The translations under genes were made by a program, and so were the position numbers. Below are positions 35,978 to 45,935 of a stretch of 64,000 bases of DNA, piece by piece. This DNA is from an uncultured Candidatus Saccharibacteria bacterium. Lineage in GTDB: Bacteria > Patescibacteriota > Saccharimonadia > Saccharimonadales > CAZWFS01. Below the pieces are notes generated by a model that ran no database searches, was not told the DNA's origin, and saw only the letters and a list, made by a program, of their open reading frames with translations. Location of the stretch: the NCBI GenBank assembly GCA_964633325.1, contig CAZWFS010000005.1, positions 3,313 through 67,312 on the forward strand, in the 5' to 3' direction. Each line of letters begins with the position of its first letter. The first letter of the stretch is position 1.

Positions 35978-38944
35978 ATGAACACCCCTAGACGGCAGCC
36001 TGGTAGTGGAGGTCCCCGCCGTCCCAAAAAGAATGTGTTTACCACTAAAAGCGGAGCCACTATTAAGATTCACCGAAGCTTGGGCGAACGCCTTAAAGCT
36101 CACAAAGACGGCAAGGCGAAATCTAAAGCTTTGCGACTGTCTGGCTTGCCCAAAGAACGTATACGACGCTTGATTTACAGATTACATCCTAAGAGAATGT
36201 ACAAATACTGGTTCAGCCGTGAGGGAGCGGTTATGGCACTGAAAATCACCGGTATAGGCCTAATTGCAGGTTTTCTTCTAATGGTTGGATTATTTGCTTA
36301 TTTTAGAAAAGATTTGCCGAATTTGCGCGACATATCAGGTAATAACATTGGTGGAAGCGTGCTTTATTATGACAAAACCGGCCAGACCCTATTATGGGAA
36401 GATGTTGACGGCGTTAAACGTATACCAGTAAAGGATGAAAATATTTCCCAGCATCTAAAAGATGCCACTGTCGCCGTAGAAGATAAGGATTTCATTAAGC
36501 ATAGCGGCTTTGATGTTCGCGGCATTATTCGTGCCGGTTGGAACAACGCCTCGGGCGGAACCAGCAAGCAAGGAGGTTCCACCATAACCCAACAGCTTGT
36601 ACGACTAACACAGACGGGTGTCGGCAAAGAACAAACATACCAACGTAAGATAAAGGAACTTATATTATCAATTGAGCTGGAACGTACCTATACAAAAGCG
36701 GAAATCCTAAATGGTTACCTAAACGCGGCCCCTTATGGGGGTATAGAATACGGCGCAGAGGCAGGAGCACAAGTTTACTTCAACAAGCCGGCTAAAGATC
36801 TAACACTTGCCGAAGCGACGATGTTAGCCGTAATTCCTAAATCACCATATTATTACTCCCCTTACAGCGGTGGATTTGATAAGCCGGCATTTATAGGTAG
36901 GCAGCACTACATACTTGATTTGATGGTAGATCAAGGCAAAATCAAGAGAGAAGATGCCGAATCGGCTAAAAAAGTGGATGTGTTAGCAACGGTGAAAATA
37001 CGAAAGAAACGCTATGAGGGTATCAAGTCCCCCTGGTTTGTGCTGGCGGCAAAAGAACAGTTAGAAGATAGGGCTGGCGCCCAAGGTATCAAAGCGGGTG
37101 GGTGGAAAGTCACGACCAGTTTAGACCTAAAACTCCAGGGAATTGCCGAAGAGCATGTCTCGAAAGGCTTGGCTCAAATACGTAGGCAGGGTGGAGATTC
37201 GGCAGCTTTCGTCGCTGAGGATGTAAAAACCGGTCACGTAGTTGCATTGGTCGGAGGCGCCGACTTTAACAACACTGAATTTGGACAAAATAATTATGCC
37301 CGGCTTCGGCTGCCGCCAGGTTCAAGCTTTAAGCCTTATGATTATCTGGCACTGATAGAGCACAATAACAATTTTGGTGCTGGTTCTGTGCTCTATGATA
37401 CTCAAGGTCCATTGGAAGGTTATCCGTGCGATAAGAAAGGCTTACCCCCACCAAAAGGCACAGGCAACTGCTTGCATGACTTTGATTTCCGCTTTCCCGG
37501 GCCATTGACACTACGTTATGCGCTAGGGGGGTCCAGGAACATCCCTGCCGTTAAGGCCATGCTTATAAGTGGCGTGGACAAGACAATCGAAACCGCCAAC
37601 AAGCTTGGGTTAAAGAGCGGGTATAAATGCTATGAGGATGACAATTTAACTAAGGAAGGTAAGTGTTTTGCTTCTTCGGCCATTGGTGATGGTGCGTATT
37701 TAAAACTAGACGAACATGTCCACGCCTTCACTAGTCTTTCGCGCAACGGACGGACTATCCCGCAAACCTATATATTAAAGATAGAAGACTCCAAAGGAAA
37801 AACAATTGACCAGTGGAAACCCTCTGAGGGCGAGCAAGTTGTACGGCCAGAATCAGCCTACATAGTTTCTGACATGCTTGCCGATCCGAACGCCAGCTAT
37901 TTCACAAACAAGCCGCACCGTTATAAGGGCCATAAGTTCTCTCTGAAAACCGGAACTACGAACGATGCCAAAGACGGTTGGCTAATGGGATATTCCACGC
38001 AGTATGCCGCAGGAGTTTGGGTTGGTTATCATACCCGTAGAGTAGAAATGCGTGGTTTTATGGAAACCATGACCCAGCCAATCTGGCAAGGTTGGATGCA
38101 GAAAGCCCATGATGGACTGCAGCCCGAGGAACGACAAAAACCGGCTGGTGTCCAAACATTACCTGCATTTGTGGTGCGAACTCATGTAGGCGTGGGCTCC
38201 GTAGAGCCAAGCCCCGCCACCGACCTCTTCCCTTCTTGGTACCAGCAAGCTAAGAAAGCCAGCGCCGCTAAGCGCACCATAGACGTGGTGTCCAATAAAC
38301 TGGCCACGGACTGCACACCACCCAGGGCGAGAAAAGAAATAACCGAAACAGCTGCTGATAGTTTCTCTGGAGATCGTTTCGTCAATCCCGGACAGGGTGC
38401 AGCTACGGACGCCAAGGATGATGTGCATAATTGCGGGGACGCACGACCCAGCGTTACCCTGTCCTCTGGAGGTAGCACACTCATAGCAACTGCCACCGCC
38501 GGCACCCATCCACTGTCTAGTAGTAGATATGCAGGCACAATTAACTTTTTAATAAATGGGCAAACCGTACATACGGCTCAGATAACCAACGAAAGTCCTA
38601 CCGCCAGCTATGCACCCACACAAAGTGGAGAGGCAACCGTCCAAGTTATCGACAGCGTACTTTACGATGCGGCATCCAATAGCGTGACTGTAAGCGGCCC
38701 TGATGGTGGCGGAGGGACTGCAACAATCAATCTGCAGGTCGCAATAGTAGCTGGAAATACCTATAAGTTCAGCTGGAACACAATTCCCACAGCTACGGCT
38801 TATGATATATGTGTTGATTCCAATTCCATACCCGAGACATGTACAGCAGGAAATTCTGGAGACCCCCGTACGGTTCCTGGCAGTGGACGCAAGGCATACA
38901 TAAAAGCTAACAATGGAGTAAAGTCGGATACCGAGAATTTTTAA
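35978..38944 (+). CDS. Class A penicillin-binding protein (transglycosylase/transpeptidase) with long C-terminal extension
   Basis: Basic cytoplasmic tail and one TM segment. GT51 motifs EDKDFIKHSGFD and GGSTITQQLVR. Transpeptidase motifs SSFKP (SxxK), SRN and KTGTT. About 250 extra C-terminal residues. Confidence 0.93.
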   Translation: MNTPRRQPGSGGPRRPKKNVFTTKSGATIKIHRSLGERLKAHKDGKAKSKALRLSGLPKERIRRLIYRLHPKRMYKYWFSREGAVMALKITGIGLIAGFLLMVGLFAYFRKDLPNLRDISGNNIGGSVLYYDKTGQTLLWEDVDGVKRIPVKDENISQHLKDATVAVEDKDFIKHSGFDVRGIIRAGWNNASGGTSKQGGSTITQQLVRLTQTGVGKEQTYQRKIKELILSIELERTYTKAEILNGYLNAAPYGGIEYGAEAGAQVYFNKPAKDLTLAEATMLAVIPKSPYYYSPYSGGFDKPAFIGRQHYILDLMVDQGKIKREDAESAKKVDVLATVKIRKKRYEGIKSPWFVLAAKEQLEDRAGAQGIKAGGWKVTTSLDLKLQGIAEEHVSKGLAQIRRQGGDSAAFVAEDVKTGHVVALVGGADFNNTEFGQNNYARLRLPPGSSFKPYDYLALIEHNNNFGAGSVLYDTQGPLEGYPCDKKGLPPPKGTGNCLHDFDFRFPGPLTLRYALGGSRNIPAVKAMLISGVDKTIETANKLGLKSGYKCYEDDNLTKEGKCFASSAIGDGAYLKLDEHVHAFTSLSRNGRTIPQTYILKIEDSKGKTIDQWKPSEGEQVVRPESAYIVSDMLADPNASYFTNKPHRYKGHKFSLKTGTTNDAKDGWLMGYSTQYAAGVWVGYHTRRVEMRGFMETMTQPIWQGWMQKAHDGLQPEERQKPAGVQTLPAFVVRTHVGVGSVEPSPATDLFPSWYQQAKKASAAKRTIDVVSNKLATDCTPPRARKEITETAADSFSGDRFVNPGQGAATDAKDDVHNCGDARPSVTLSSGGSTLIATATAGTHPLSSSRYAGTINFLINGQTVHTAQITNESPTASYAPTQSGEATVQVIDSVLYDAASNSVTVSGPDGGGGTATINLQVAIVAGNTYKFSWNTIPTATAYDICVDSNSIPETCTAGNSGDPRTVPGSGRKAYIKANNGVKSDTENF

Positions 38945-38973
38945 AGTCGGATCCTTGGAAACCTTAGACCCAA

Positions 38974-40323
38974 TCAATTTTTTTCTAAGAATTTATTCAG
39001 AGCGGTGCGTAAGTCTGGCACACCGGTTAAGAGCGACATCTTTTTTCCAGTTTTAACTGATGGTCCGATCGCGCTTGTAAAGCCAAGTTTTTTAGCTTCG
39101 GCGATCCTTTTTTCCACGTTTGGCACATGGCGTATTTCGCCAGATAAACCGACTTCTCCGAAAACTACGGAGTTACTTTTAAGTTTTAATCCTTTAGCTG
39201 CGGAGCCAATTGCTATGGCTACCGCCAGGTCGGCTGCCGGCTCACTTATCTTCACACCTCCTACTATATTCACATATATATCCATGTCCGCCAGATTAAG
39301 CTTAGTACGCCTTTCCAGGACCGCCACCAGTAGATTTACGCGGTTTAAATCTATGCCCACGGCAGTCCGTTTGGGATATCCGTAACTAGTTTTGTTAACT
39401 AAAGCCTGTACCTCCACTAGTAATGGCCGACTGCCCTCCATGGTTGCCAGCACCACCGATCCATCGGTAATTTGCCGTTCGGCGAGTAATGATGCTGAAG
39501 GATTGTCAACCGATTTTAGTCCTGTCGCCGTCATCTCGAAGATGCCCGCTTCATTCGTAGATCCAAAGCGGTTTTTGGCAGCTCGCAATATTTTGAACCC
39601 ACTATAGCGGTCGCCTTCCATATTCAGTACGACATCGACCACATGTTCCAATATTTTTGGTCCGGCAATTGAACCTTCTTTAGTAACATGGCCAACGAGA
39701 AAGATAGCCGTATCTGCTTGCTTGGCCGCCTGGGTCAAAACCTGTGTACTATTGGTAATCTGAGTTATACTCCCCGGTGCTGAGCTGATACCGCTACAGA
39801 CAACAGTCTGAATAGAATCAACAATGACAAGCTGAAACTTGCCGCTTTTTATTGTGGCGACTATATCATCCGTAACCGTGCTAGTCGCTAACTGTAAGTC
39901 GATGCGGTTAGTTCCTAGCCTTTCCGCCCGAAGGCCGATTTGATGCGCTGACTCCTCGCCACTTACGTAAAGTACGGAATGTTTAGCCGCTACCGCATAG
40001 GCTAGCTGTAGCAATAGGGTACTCTTGCCAATACCGGGCTGGCCAGCGATCAAGTTAACGCTGCCCGCGACAATACCACCACCCAAAACCTCATCAATTT
40101 CGGAAATACCCGTTAATAAACGCGTTTGGTCAGTCCTTACCCATACAGAAACATTTTCGGTTGGCAAAACCTTGCCGCCAGCGTGTCTTGAGGGGGTTTG
40201 GTCTAATATGACCTCTTCCTGTATTGTGTTCCACTCGCCACAAGTATTACAGCGCCCTGTCCAGTTGCTAGCCACTGCCCCACAGCTGCCACACACGAAT
40301 CTCACTGGTTGTTTTCTTGCCAT
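38974..40323 (-). CDS. radA: DNA repair protein RadA/Sms
   Basis: Zinc ribbon CGSCG...CNTCGEW, Walker A GQPGIGKST, KNRFG motif and a Lon-like C-terminal domain. Confidence 0.96.
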   Translation of the reverse strand: MARKQPVRFVCGSCGAVASNWTGRCNTCGEWNTIQEEVILDQTPSRHAGGKVLPTENVSVWVRTDQTRLLTGISEIDEVLGGGIVAGSVNLIAGQPGIGKSTLLLQLAYAVAAKHSVLYVSGEESAHQIGLRAERLGTNRIDLQLATSTVTDDIVATIKSGKFQLVIVDSIQTVVCSGISSAPGSITQITNSTQVLTQAAKQADTAIFLVGHVTKEGSIAGPKILEHVVDVVLNMEGDRYSGFKILRAAKNRFGSTNEAGIFEMTATGLKSVDNPSASLLAERQITDGSVVLATMEGSRPLLVEVQALVNKTSYGYPKRTAVGIDLNRVNLLVAVLERRTKLNLADMDIYVNIVGGVKISEPAADLAVAIAIGSAAKGLKLKSNSVVFGEVGLSGEIRHVPNVEKRIAEAKKLGFTSAIGPSVKTGKKMSLLTGVPDLRTALNKFLEKN

Positions 40324-40421
40324 GTCCCTAAGTTTACAGGAACGTTAAATTCTGAGCACGCACCCTTAACTTTTCTAAAACCTGTATTCTAAGTTACAGG
40401 TAGGGGCTGATAGCTTATAAT

Positions 40422-41396
40422 TTACTCTTCTGACTGGGGGGATATGCGACTGTCCAAAGCTTTTGCTAATTCTTGCTCTTCCAAAGCTACAGCATTTCTT
40501 TCTGTCACAATTTTATTATGCTGATCTATTAACTGCTTAGTAGAAGTTATCATACTATTGTAATTTCTTATCTGTTGGTTAAAGCCCGACACCGCGTTAT
40601 TGTAAGCGTCACTACGACCAGAGGCCAGCAGCTGATCTAGCCGATCGCGCTCACTGTTAATGTTAGCCGAAAGAGTCTCAAGCTCGCTTTGCGCCGTTTC
40701 TATACGCTGCTTTAAATCGCCCAATTGTGAATCGTATGCGGCAACTTTATTTTCACGTTCAGTGAATACTTGTTCATATTGTTCTGAAAAGGCAACTATT
40801 TTCAGACGATCATTGAAATATCGCTCGTAATAAGCCTCAAGGTCGGGTGGCAATTGCCGGACTTCTGTACCAATTATGGAATGTAGCTCATTAGGCACAA
40901 TGCCCGGGTCTTTAGTGCGATATGACTCAACAGTCTTTTTTATGCGTGCGTCACTTAACCCGTTAAGAAATTGCTGTAATGATGCGTCAATCTTATTCCT
41001 CTCATCATCGTTCAAACGATCATAAGCAGCATGAAGCATTTCATGGGCGGCAGTTACTTCGTGCACTCCCTGTAATCTTTCGTCAGGCACATCAAATATA
41101 TAAATTTTCCGGTTAGTTACATAGCAACCAAGAATAATGGACTGCTCTGCTCCCTGGCAGTGCTGACTAAAAGCAGCCTTATCGTCCAACTGTGGATGAT
41201 GGACATAAAACAAATGACGGCCTAAATCGTTCATGGTTGTCGCTTGAGACAACTGCACTACCCTGGCAGAAGGTTCATAATTACGCAGACGCCACCAATC
41301 ATAAATATCCTGCCGCTGTGAATACACAACAAGAGGCGATATCAGAAGCAAAAGACTGAACAAACCGCCAATTAGTTTACTTGTGTGATTCTTCAT
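40422..41396 (-). CDS. Membrane-anchored putative HExxH metallopeptidase with C-terminal coiled coil
   Basis: N-terminal TM segment (LIGGLFSLLLLISPLVV) and a HEMLH motif (TAAHEMLHAAY). The last 130 aa or so are heptad-like and rich in Q/E/L/R. Confidence 0.45.
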   Translation of the reverse strand: MKNHTSKLIGGLFSLLLLISPLVVYSQRQDIYDWWRLRNYEPSARVVQLSQATTMNDLGRHLFYVHHPQLDDKAAFSQHCQGAEQSIILGCYVTNRKIYIFDVPDERLQGVHEVTAAHEMLHAAYDRLNDDERNKIDASLQQFLNGLSDARIKKTVESYRTKDPGIVPNELHSIIGTEVRQLPPDLEAYYERYFNDRLKIVAFSEQYEQVFTERENKVAAYDSQLGDLKQRIETAQSELETLSANINSERDRLDQLLASGRSDAYNNAVSGFNQQIRNYNSMITSTKQLIDQHNKIVTERNAVALEEQELAKALDSRISPQSEE

Positions 41397-41455
41397 AACG
41401 CCAGTATACCAGTCATTAATCTACACGCGTTCCCATTAAATAGACTAATAAGCGA

Positions 41456-41540
41456 GCACCGTTGCTGAAAGTAGATCGGCTAGCGCCACAGACTGCGCGC
41501 TGAAGCGCACCTGTAAAGCAACTACTTTCGGTAAAGGTGC
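41456..41540. repeat. 85-nt imperfect inverted repeat enclosing a GC hairpin
   Basis: The 19-nt arms GCACCGTTGCTGAAAGTAG / CTACTTTCGGTAAAGGTGC give 16 Watson-Crick pairs, 2 G:U pairs (only if read as plus-strand RNA) and 1 mismatch. The inner hairpin is TGCGC-GCTGAA-GCGCA (41494..41509). Confidence 0.6.
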
Positions 41541-41546
41541 GAGCGA

Positions 41547-44033
41547 CTACTCCTGGTCCGTAGAGTAAACCAAATCTTTATTCTTAGCCGCAACTTGCAA
41601 TATATCGCCCTTACCAAAGTGGTTGTCTAGTAACTCCAATGCAACATGGTCTTCGATAGTATCTTGTAGTAACCTGCGCATAGGTCTCACCCCGTTATGG
41701 GCGTCGTAGCCGTTCTCCAGCAAATGCTGCTTTGCGGAGCTGCTAACCTCCAAACCAAGCCCATGCTTCACTAAACGCTGGCGCAGCTCGTTGATCTGTA
41801 GGTCTAATATCTTTAATACGTCTTTTTTGGTGAGGGCCCTGAATACAATGACCTTGTCTATTCGGTTAAGCAGCTCCGGTCGCATCATACGTTTCAGCTC
41901 CTCCAGGACCTTATCCTTATTGGCAGAGTGAAGTGCATCCAAATCCTTAAGCTCGCCGGGCCTTACAGCATGAAAACCGAAGTTGGCCTCCTTTTGTAAT
42001 TTCTCGGCACCAATATTGCTGGTCATGATGATTATAGTGTTGGTAAAATCAACCTTTCTGCCTTTGGTATCAGTAAGGACTCCGTCTTCTAATATTTGGA
42101 GTAACATATTAAATACTTCCGGATGTGCCTTTTCTATCTCATCGAATAGTACCAGACTGTATGGCTGTCGTCGGACCCTATCCGTAAGCTGACCGCCATC
42201 ATCATAGCCCACATATCCGGCCGGAGCGCCAATTAAACGCGACACAGTATGTCTTTCACTCATTTCGCTCATATCGATCTTGATAAGCGCATCACTGCTG
42301 CCAAAGAATTCCCGAGCAAGCACACGTGCTAATTCCGTTTTTCCCACCCCAGTAGGTCCTAGAAATATAAATGAACCTATAGGCCTTTGTCCGCCACTGA
42401 CACCGGAACGATTACGACGAACTGCCTTAGCAACGGCTGCCACAGATTCGCTCTGACCTATGACGTACTTACCAAGCTGTTTTTCTAAATTGAGCAGGTA
42501 TTTGGCCTCGGATCGTATAACTTTGCGGACAGGTACACCTGTCATGCGGGCGACTACTTCTGCGACATCATTACTAGTCATCACTAGTTTATCTGCTGGT
42601 TTGATTTCAGCCTGAAGCTTCTTTAGATTTTCACTGATCTGGCTAGCCTTGGTTTTCATCAGCGCGGCTTTTTCATAATTTTCGGTCTCAACGGCATCTT
42701 CAATCCGTGAGTTCATGAGTTTTAACTCGTTTTGAAGCTTGCGTACTTCGGGTGGTGTCTTACCCCTATCAACCCTTAGATGCGCGGCCGTCTCGTCCAT
42801 AAGATCGATGGCCTTATCCGGCATAAATCGGTCATTTAAATAGCGTTTTGCCAAGTTAACAGTGTCTTCGAGCACGTCGTCACCGACTTTTACCCCATGG
42901 AATGCTTCATAGTGCTTACGTAAGCCTTTAAGTATAGCCAGAGTCTCGGTAATTGTAGCCTCTGGCACCTGAATAGGTTGGAATCTTCTTTCTAGCGCGG
43001 CATCTTTTTCTATATGCTTTGTGTATTCGGTGGTGGTGGTCGCGCCAATGACTTGAATTTTACCGCGCGCCAAAGCTGGCTTAAGAATATTTCCGGCGTC
43101 CATAGCACCTTCCGCCGCGCCGGCGCCTACTATCAGGTGTAGCTCATCAATGAAGACTATAGACTTTTTATCGTTTTCCAGCTCAGTTATGACTTTCTTA
43201 AGCCGTTCTTCGAACTCACCTCGATATTTTGTGCCCGCAATCATACCAGCCAAATCAAGCATGATGATCCGCTTATCAAGCAAGCTGTCTGGTACATCCT
43301 CAGAAACTATTCGTTGCGCCAGCCCCTCTACGATTGCCGTTTTTCCAACTCCGGGTTCTCCAATCAGAACAGCATTATTCTTGGTACGTCGGTTAAGTAT
43401 AGTTACTACACGTCTTATCTGAGCTTCACGTCCAACTACCGGATCCAGCTTTCCTTCCCTAGCTTGTCCTGTTATGTCTGTGCCAAAGAAATCCAAGGCA
43501 GTTTTACGCTGCTTCTTGGCGCTCTTACGTCGATTTTCGGCCGTCGGCTCGCCACTGGTATCCTCATATTGCTGACGATTTAAAAATTGCTCCAGTTCAG
43601 TAATTAATTGATCTACGTCGACATTCATGTCCCTGAGTAAAATGGTTGCCCGGGCATTCTTTTGGCTAAGGATACTATAAAGTATGTGCTCTGTTCCGCA
43701 GAATTCTTGATTGAAGTCTTGAGCCACGTCGTACGCCATCTTCAACGTCAGCTTAGCTGTCTCACTTAAACCTTTATCGCCAAGATTGATAACTAATGTC
43801 TTAGGTGTAAGATTAAGTGCCAAGCGCGCCCGGTCAAGCGTAACACCTACGCCCTCAAGCAACTTTGCGCCCATACTACCTTCTTGGGCCAACACACCTA
43901 ATAGCAGATGCTCGGTACCGATGTACGCGCTTCCGAGCCCGCGAGCAATTGCGTTAGCTTGTTTCAGCCCCTGCAAAGCATTATCAGTCAGATGGTTTAA
44001 GAACTCTTGAAAATCAGGTGAATTTGGGATCAT
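41547..44033 (-). CDS. clpC: ATP-dependent Clp protease ATP-binding subunit ClpC
   Basis: Double Clp_N repeat, Walker A GEPGVGKT and GPTGVGKT, and a short UVR-like linker ([15 protein letters not shown]). Start moved to ATG 44033, 8 nt after a GGGGTGG SD. Confidence 0.92.
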   Translation of the reverse strand: MIPNSPDFQEFLNHLTDNALQGLKQANAIARGLGSAYIGTEHLLLGVLAQEGSMGAKLLEGVGVTLDRARLALNLTPKTLVINLGDKGLSETAKLTLKMAYDVAQDFNQEFCGTEHILYSILSQKNARATILLRDMNVDVDQLITELEQFLNRQQYEDTSGEPTAENRRKSAKKQRKTALDFFGTDITGQAREGKLDPVVGREAQIRRVVTILNRRTKNNAVLIGEPGVGKTAIVEGLAQRIVSEDVPDSLLDKRIIMLDLAGMIAGTKYRGEFEERLKKVITELENDKKSIVFIDELHLIVGAGAAEGAMDAGNILKPALARGKIQVIGATTTTEYTKHIEKDAALERRFQPIQVPEATITETLAILKGLRKHYEAFHGVKVGDDVLEDTVNLAKRYLNDRFMPDKAIDLMDETAAHLRVDRGKTPPEVRKLQNELKLMNSRIEDAVETENYEKAALMKTKASQISENLKKLQAEIKPADKLVMTSNDVAEVVARMTGVPVRKVIRSEAKYLLNLEKQLGKYVIGQSESVAAVAKAVRRNRSGVSGGQRPIGSFIFLGPTGVGKTELARVLAREFFGSSDALIKIDMSEMSERHTVSRLIGAPAGYVGYDDGGQLTDRVRRQPYSLVLFDEIEKAHPEVFNMLLQILEDGVLTDTKGRKVDFTNTIIIMTSNIGAEKLQKEANFGFHAVRPGELKDLDALHSANKDKVLEELKRMMRPELLNRIDKVIVFRALTKKDVLKILDLQINELRQRLVKHGLGLEVSSSAKQHLLENGYDAHNGVRPMRRLLQDTIEDHVALELLDNHFGKGDILQVAAKNKDLVYSTDQE

Positions 44034-44083
44034 AAAATGTTCCACCCCTTGTCTAGCGATTATCGTAAATGTACGCTACATCC

Positions 44084-44111
44084 ATTGTACCATTTAGCAC
44101 TCAAGCGTCAA
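44084..44111 (-). promoter_or_regulatory. clpC promoter
   Basis: Gene strand reads TTGACG (44111..44106), a 16-nt spacer, then TACAAT (44089..44084). A leader of about 45 nt with an SD follows. Confidence 0.5.
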
Positions 44112-44120
44112 GAGTGCCAA
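44094..44120. promoter_or_regulatory. CIRCE-type inverted repeat (HrcA operator) at clpC
   Basis: TTAGCACTC-AAGCGTCAA-GAGTGCCAA. The arms are identical to the clpP copy and match 17/18 of the consensus. It covers the -35 and the spacer. Confidence 0.6.
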
Positions 44121-44260
44121 GACAAAATACTAGCTTGTACCGGGGAAGAAAATAGCCAGACAGGCTGCTTTAGAGTGGCCAAGTAATAGGCCGAGTTGGC
44201 AGGCCTGACCCGAGTCAAGATTGCTATTGGACGAAAAATGAGTGACTTGAGTTAGAGCGC

Positions 44261-44602
44261 TTAGTCGCTGTCCATCATACTAAGAAAGCCCCGCACACGA
44301 CCAGATCGAAAATGTATACCCACCACATTTACTTCACTACCCCCAAGCATTACCTGGCCCACGAAATTAACTGGCCTTTCATCGTAAGATCCAGGTTGTT
44401 CTGCAGCCCTAGCTTGACTAACGGTGAGGTCGAGTGTAGTAAGGCCTTCAAAAAAATCTCTCGACGGATAAGGGCCACCATCACCAGTATAGGCTGGTGC
44501 GACCCGTAACCAACCTTCACCTGCTTGTCCATTATCATCTTCTACTAATGGAACATGACCACGAATTATTACCATTTCGCTCACGGAATTATTATCTGCC
44601 AT
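44261..44602 (-). CDS. Hypothetical 113-aa protein between nusA and clpC
   Basis: Intact ORF with a Gly/Val-rich composition. No family recognised. Confidence 0.4.
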   Translation of the reverse strand: MADNNSVSEMVIIRGHVPLVEDDNGQAGEGWLRVAPAYTGDGGPYPSRDFFEGLTTLDLTVSQARAAEQPGSYDERPVNFVGQVMLGGSEVNVVGIHFRSGRVRGFLSMMDSD

Positions 44603-44654
44603 AATGCTTATATATTATACACTATTATCAATATGAGTCAAAGTTTAGCCGAAA

Positions 44655-45839
44655 CTATTTAACTTTCTGCTCACTCCCCTCCGTACCGTGCTCCTCAATT
44701 GCTTCAAGTAAACTACTCTCTAGTTCAGACTTCTTCTTCAACTTTTGTACGACTGGCTTGGTATTTTCTTCCGGTGGCTTCTGTTCCTCGGTAGAGGCTG
44801 CCACATCGGCAGTGATATCCAGATCATAACCAGTCAATTTGCTTGCTAATCTGACGTTCTGTCCGCTTTTGCCTATGGCTATGCTCTGCTGATCATCTGG
44901 CACAATGACCGTAGCTTTTTTATTTTTTTCATCCAAAATTACCTTAGTAACCTTGGTAGGGCTAAGCGCGTTTGTGATATATGTTACTGGATCTTCAGCC
45001 CAGACTACAATGTCTATTTTTTCTTGCTCACCAATCTCGCCCATAACAGCATTCACACGGGTGCCGTGCCCACCAACAAAAGTTCCCACTGGGTCAACTC
45101 CCGGTACTGTGCTACTAACCGCGATTTTGCTGCGCACACCAGCTTCGCGGGCAATATTTTTGATTTCCACGGCTCCATTTTCCATCTCAGGTACTTCTCC
45201 ACGGAACAACCACTCTACAAATTCCGTATTGCCACGCGAGACAACCAGCTGCGGGCCGCGGAAACCGCGTTCTACGTCTTTTAAGAAAACCTTTAGCCTT
45301 TGCCCCGGGTAGTAACGCTCCCCTTGAATTTGTTCACTGGCTGGCATAATACCCTGCGCCTTCCCCAGCTCAACCCGTATCAGGCGGCCTTCTACGCGAG
45401 CAACTATGCCATTAATAACAGTACCAATCTTATCCTCATATTCAGCCATTACAATTTCCCGCTCAGCTTCTCGCAGTCTTTGCAAAATAACTTGCTTTGC
45501 AGTTTGCGCCGCAACACGTCCGAAATCTTTTACTTTTTCATGAACCTCTATTACATCTCCAACTTTAGCGTCTTTCTTCATGACACTGGCACTGTTTACA
45601 CTGATTTCAAACCGTTCGTCCTCCACCTTTTGTACGACATCTTTGCTCACAAAGGCATCTACATCACCGGTGTTTAGATTCATAGTAATTCGCACTTCTT
45701 GTTCCCGATCCCCGTAGTCACGCCTATAGGCTGCTGCTAGCGCTTGTTCAACCACCTCCTGCACTACTTCCTCAGGCAAGTTTTTTTCCTCGGCTATTGT
45801 TTTAATGGCCAAGGCTAGTTGTTTCATATCCAGTTCCAT
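44655..45839 (-). CDS. nusA: Transcription termination/antitermination factor NusA
   Basis: N-terminal domain, S1 domain and tandem KH domains (IGKSGQNVRLASKLTG). SD GGAG lies 7 nt upstream. Confidence 0.95.
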   Translation of the reverse strand: MELDMKQLALAIKTIAEEKNLPEEVVQEVVEQALAAAYRRDYGDREQEVRITMNLNTGDVDAFVSKDVVQKVEDERFEISVNSASVMKKDAKVGDVIEVHEKVKDFGRVAAQTAKQVILQRLREAEREIVMAEYEDKIGTVINGIVARVEGRLIRVELGKAQGIMPASEQIQGERYYPGQRLKVFLKDVERGFRGPQLVVSRGNTEFVEWLFRGEVPEMENGAVEIKNIAREAGVRSKIAVSSTVPGVDPVGTFVGGHGTRVNAVMGEIGEQEKIDIVVWAEDPVTYITNALSPTKVTKVILDEKNKKATVIVPDDQQSIAIGKSGQNVRLASKLTGYDLDITADVAASTEEQKPPEENTKPVVQKLKKKSELESSLLEAIEEHGTEGSEQKVK

Positions 45840-45895
45840 ATTTTTACTCCGTTCTGATTTACTTTTATTGATTGTGTTTGGGTGGTCTTCTCATC

Positions 45896-45921
45896 AAAAA
45901 AGTCGACCCGCTGGCCGACTT
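45896..45921 (-). terminator. Intrinsic terminator inside the nusA leader
   Basis: Gene strand reads AAGTCGGCC-AGCG-GGGTCGACTT followed by TTTT. The 9-bp stem has 8 Watson-Crick pairs and 1 G:U, which pairs only on this strand. It lies between the promoter and the nusA SD. Confidence 0.6.
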
Positions 45922-45935
45922 GATTTACGAACTCC

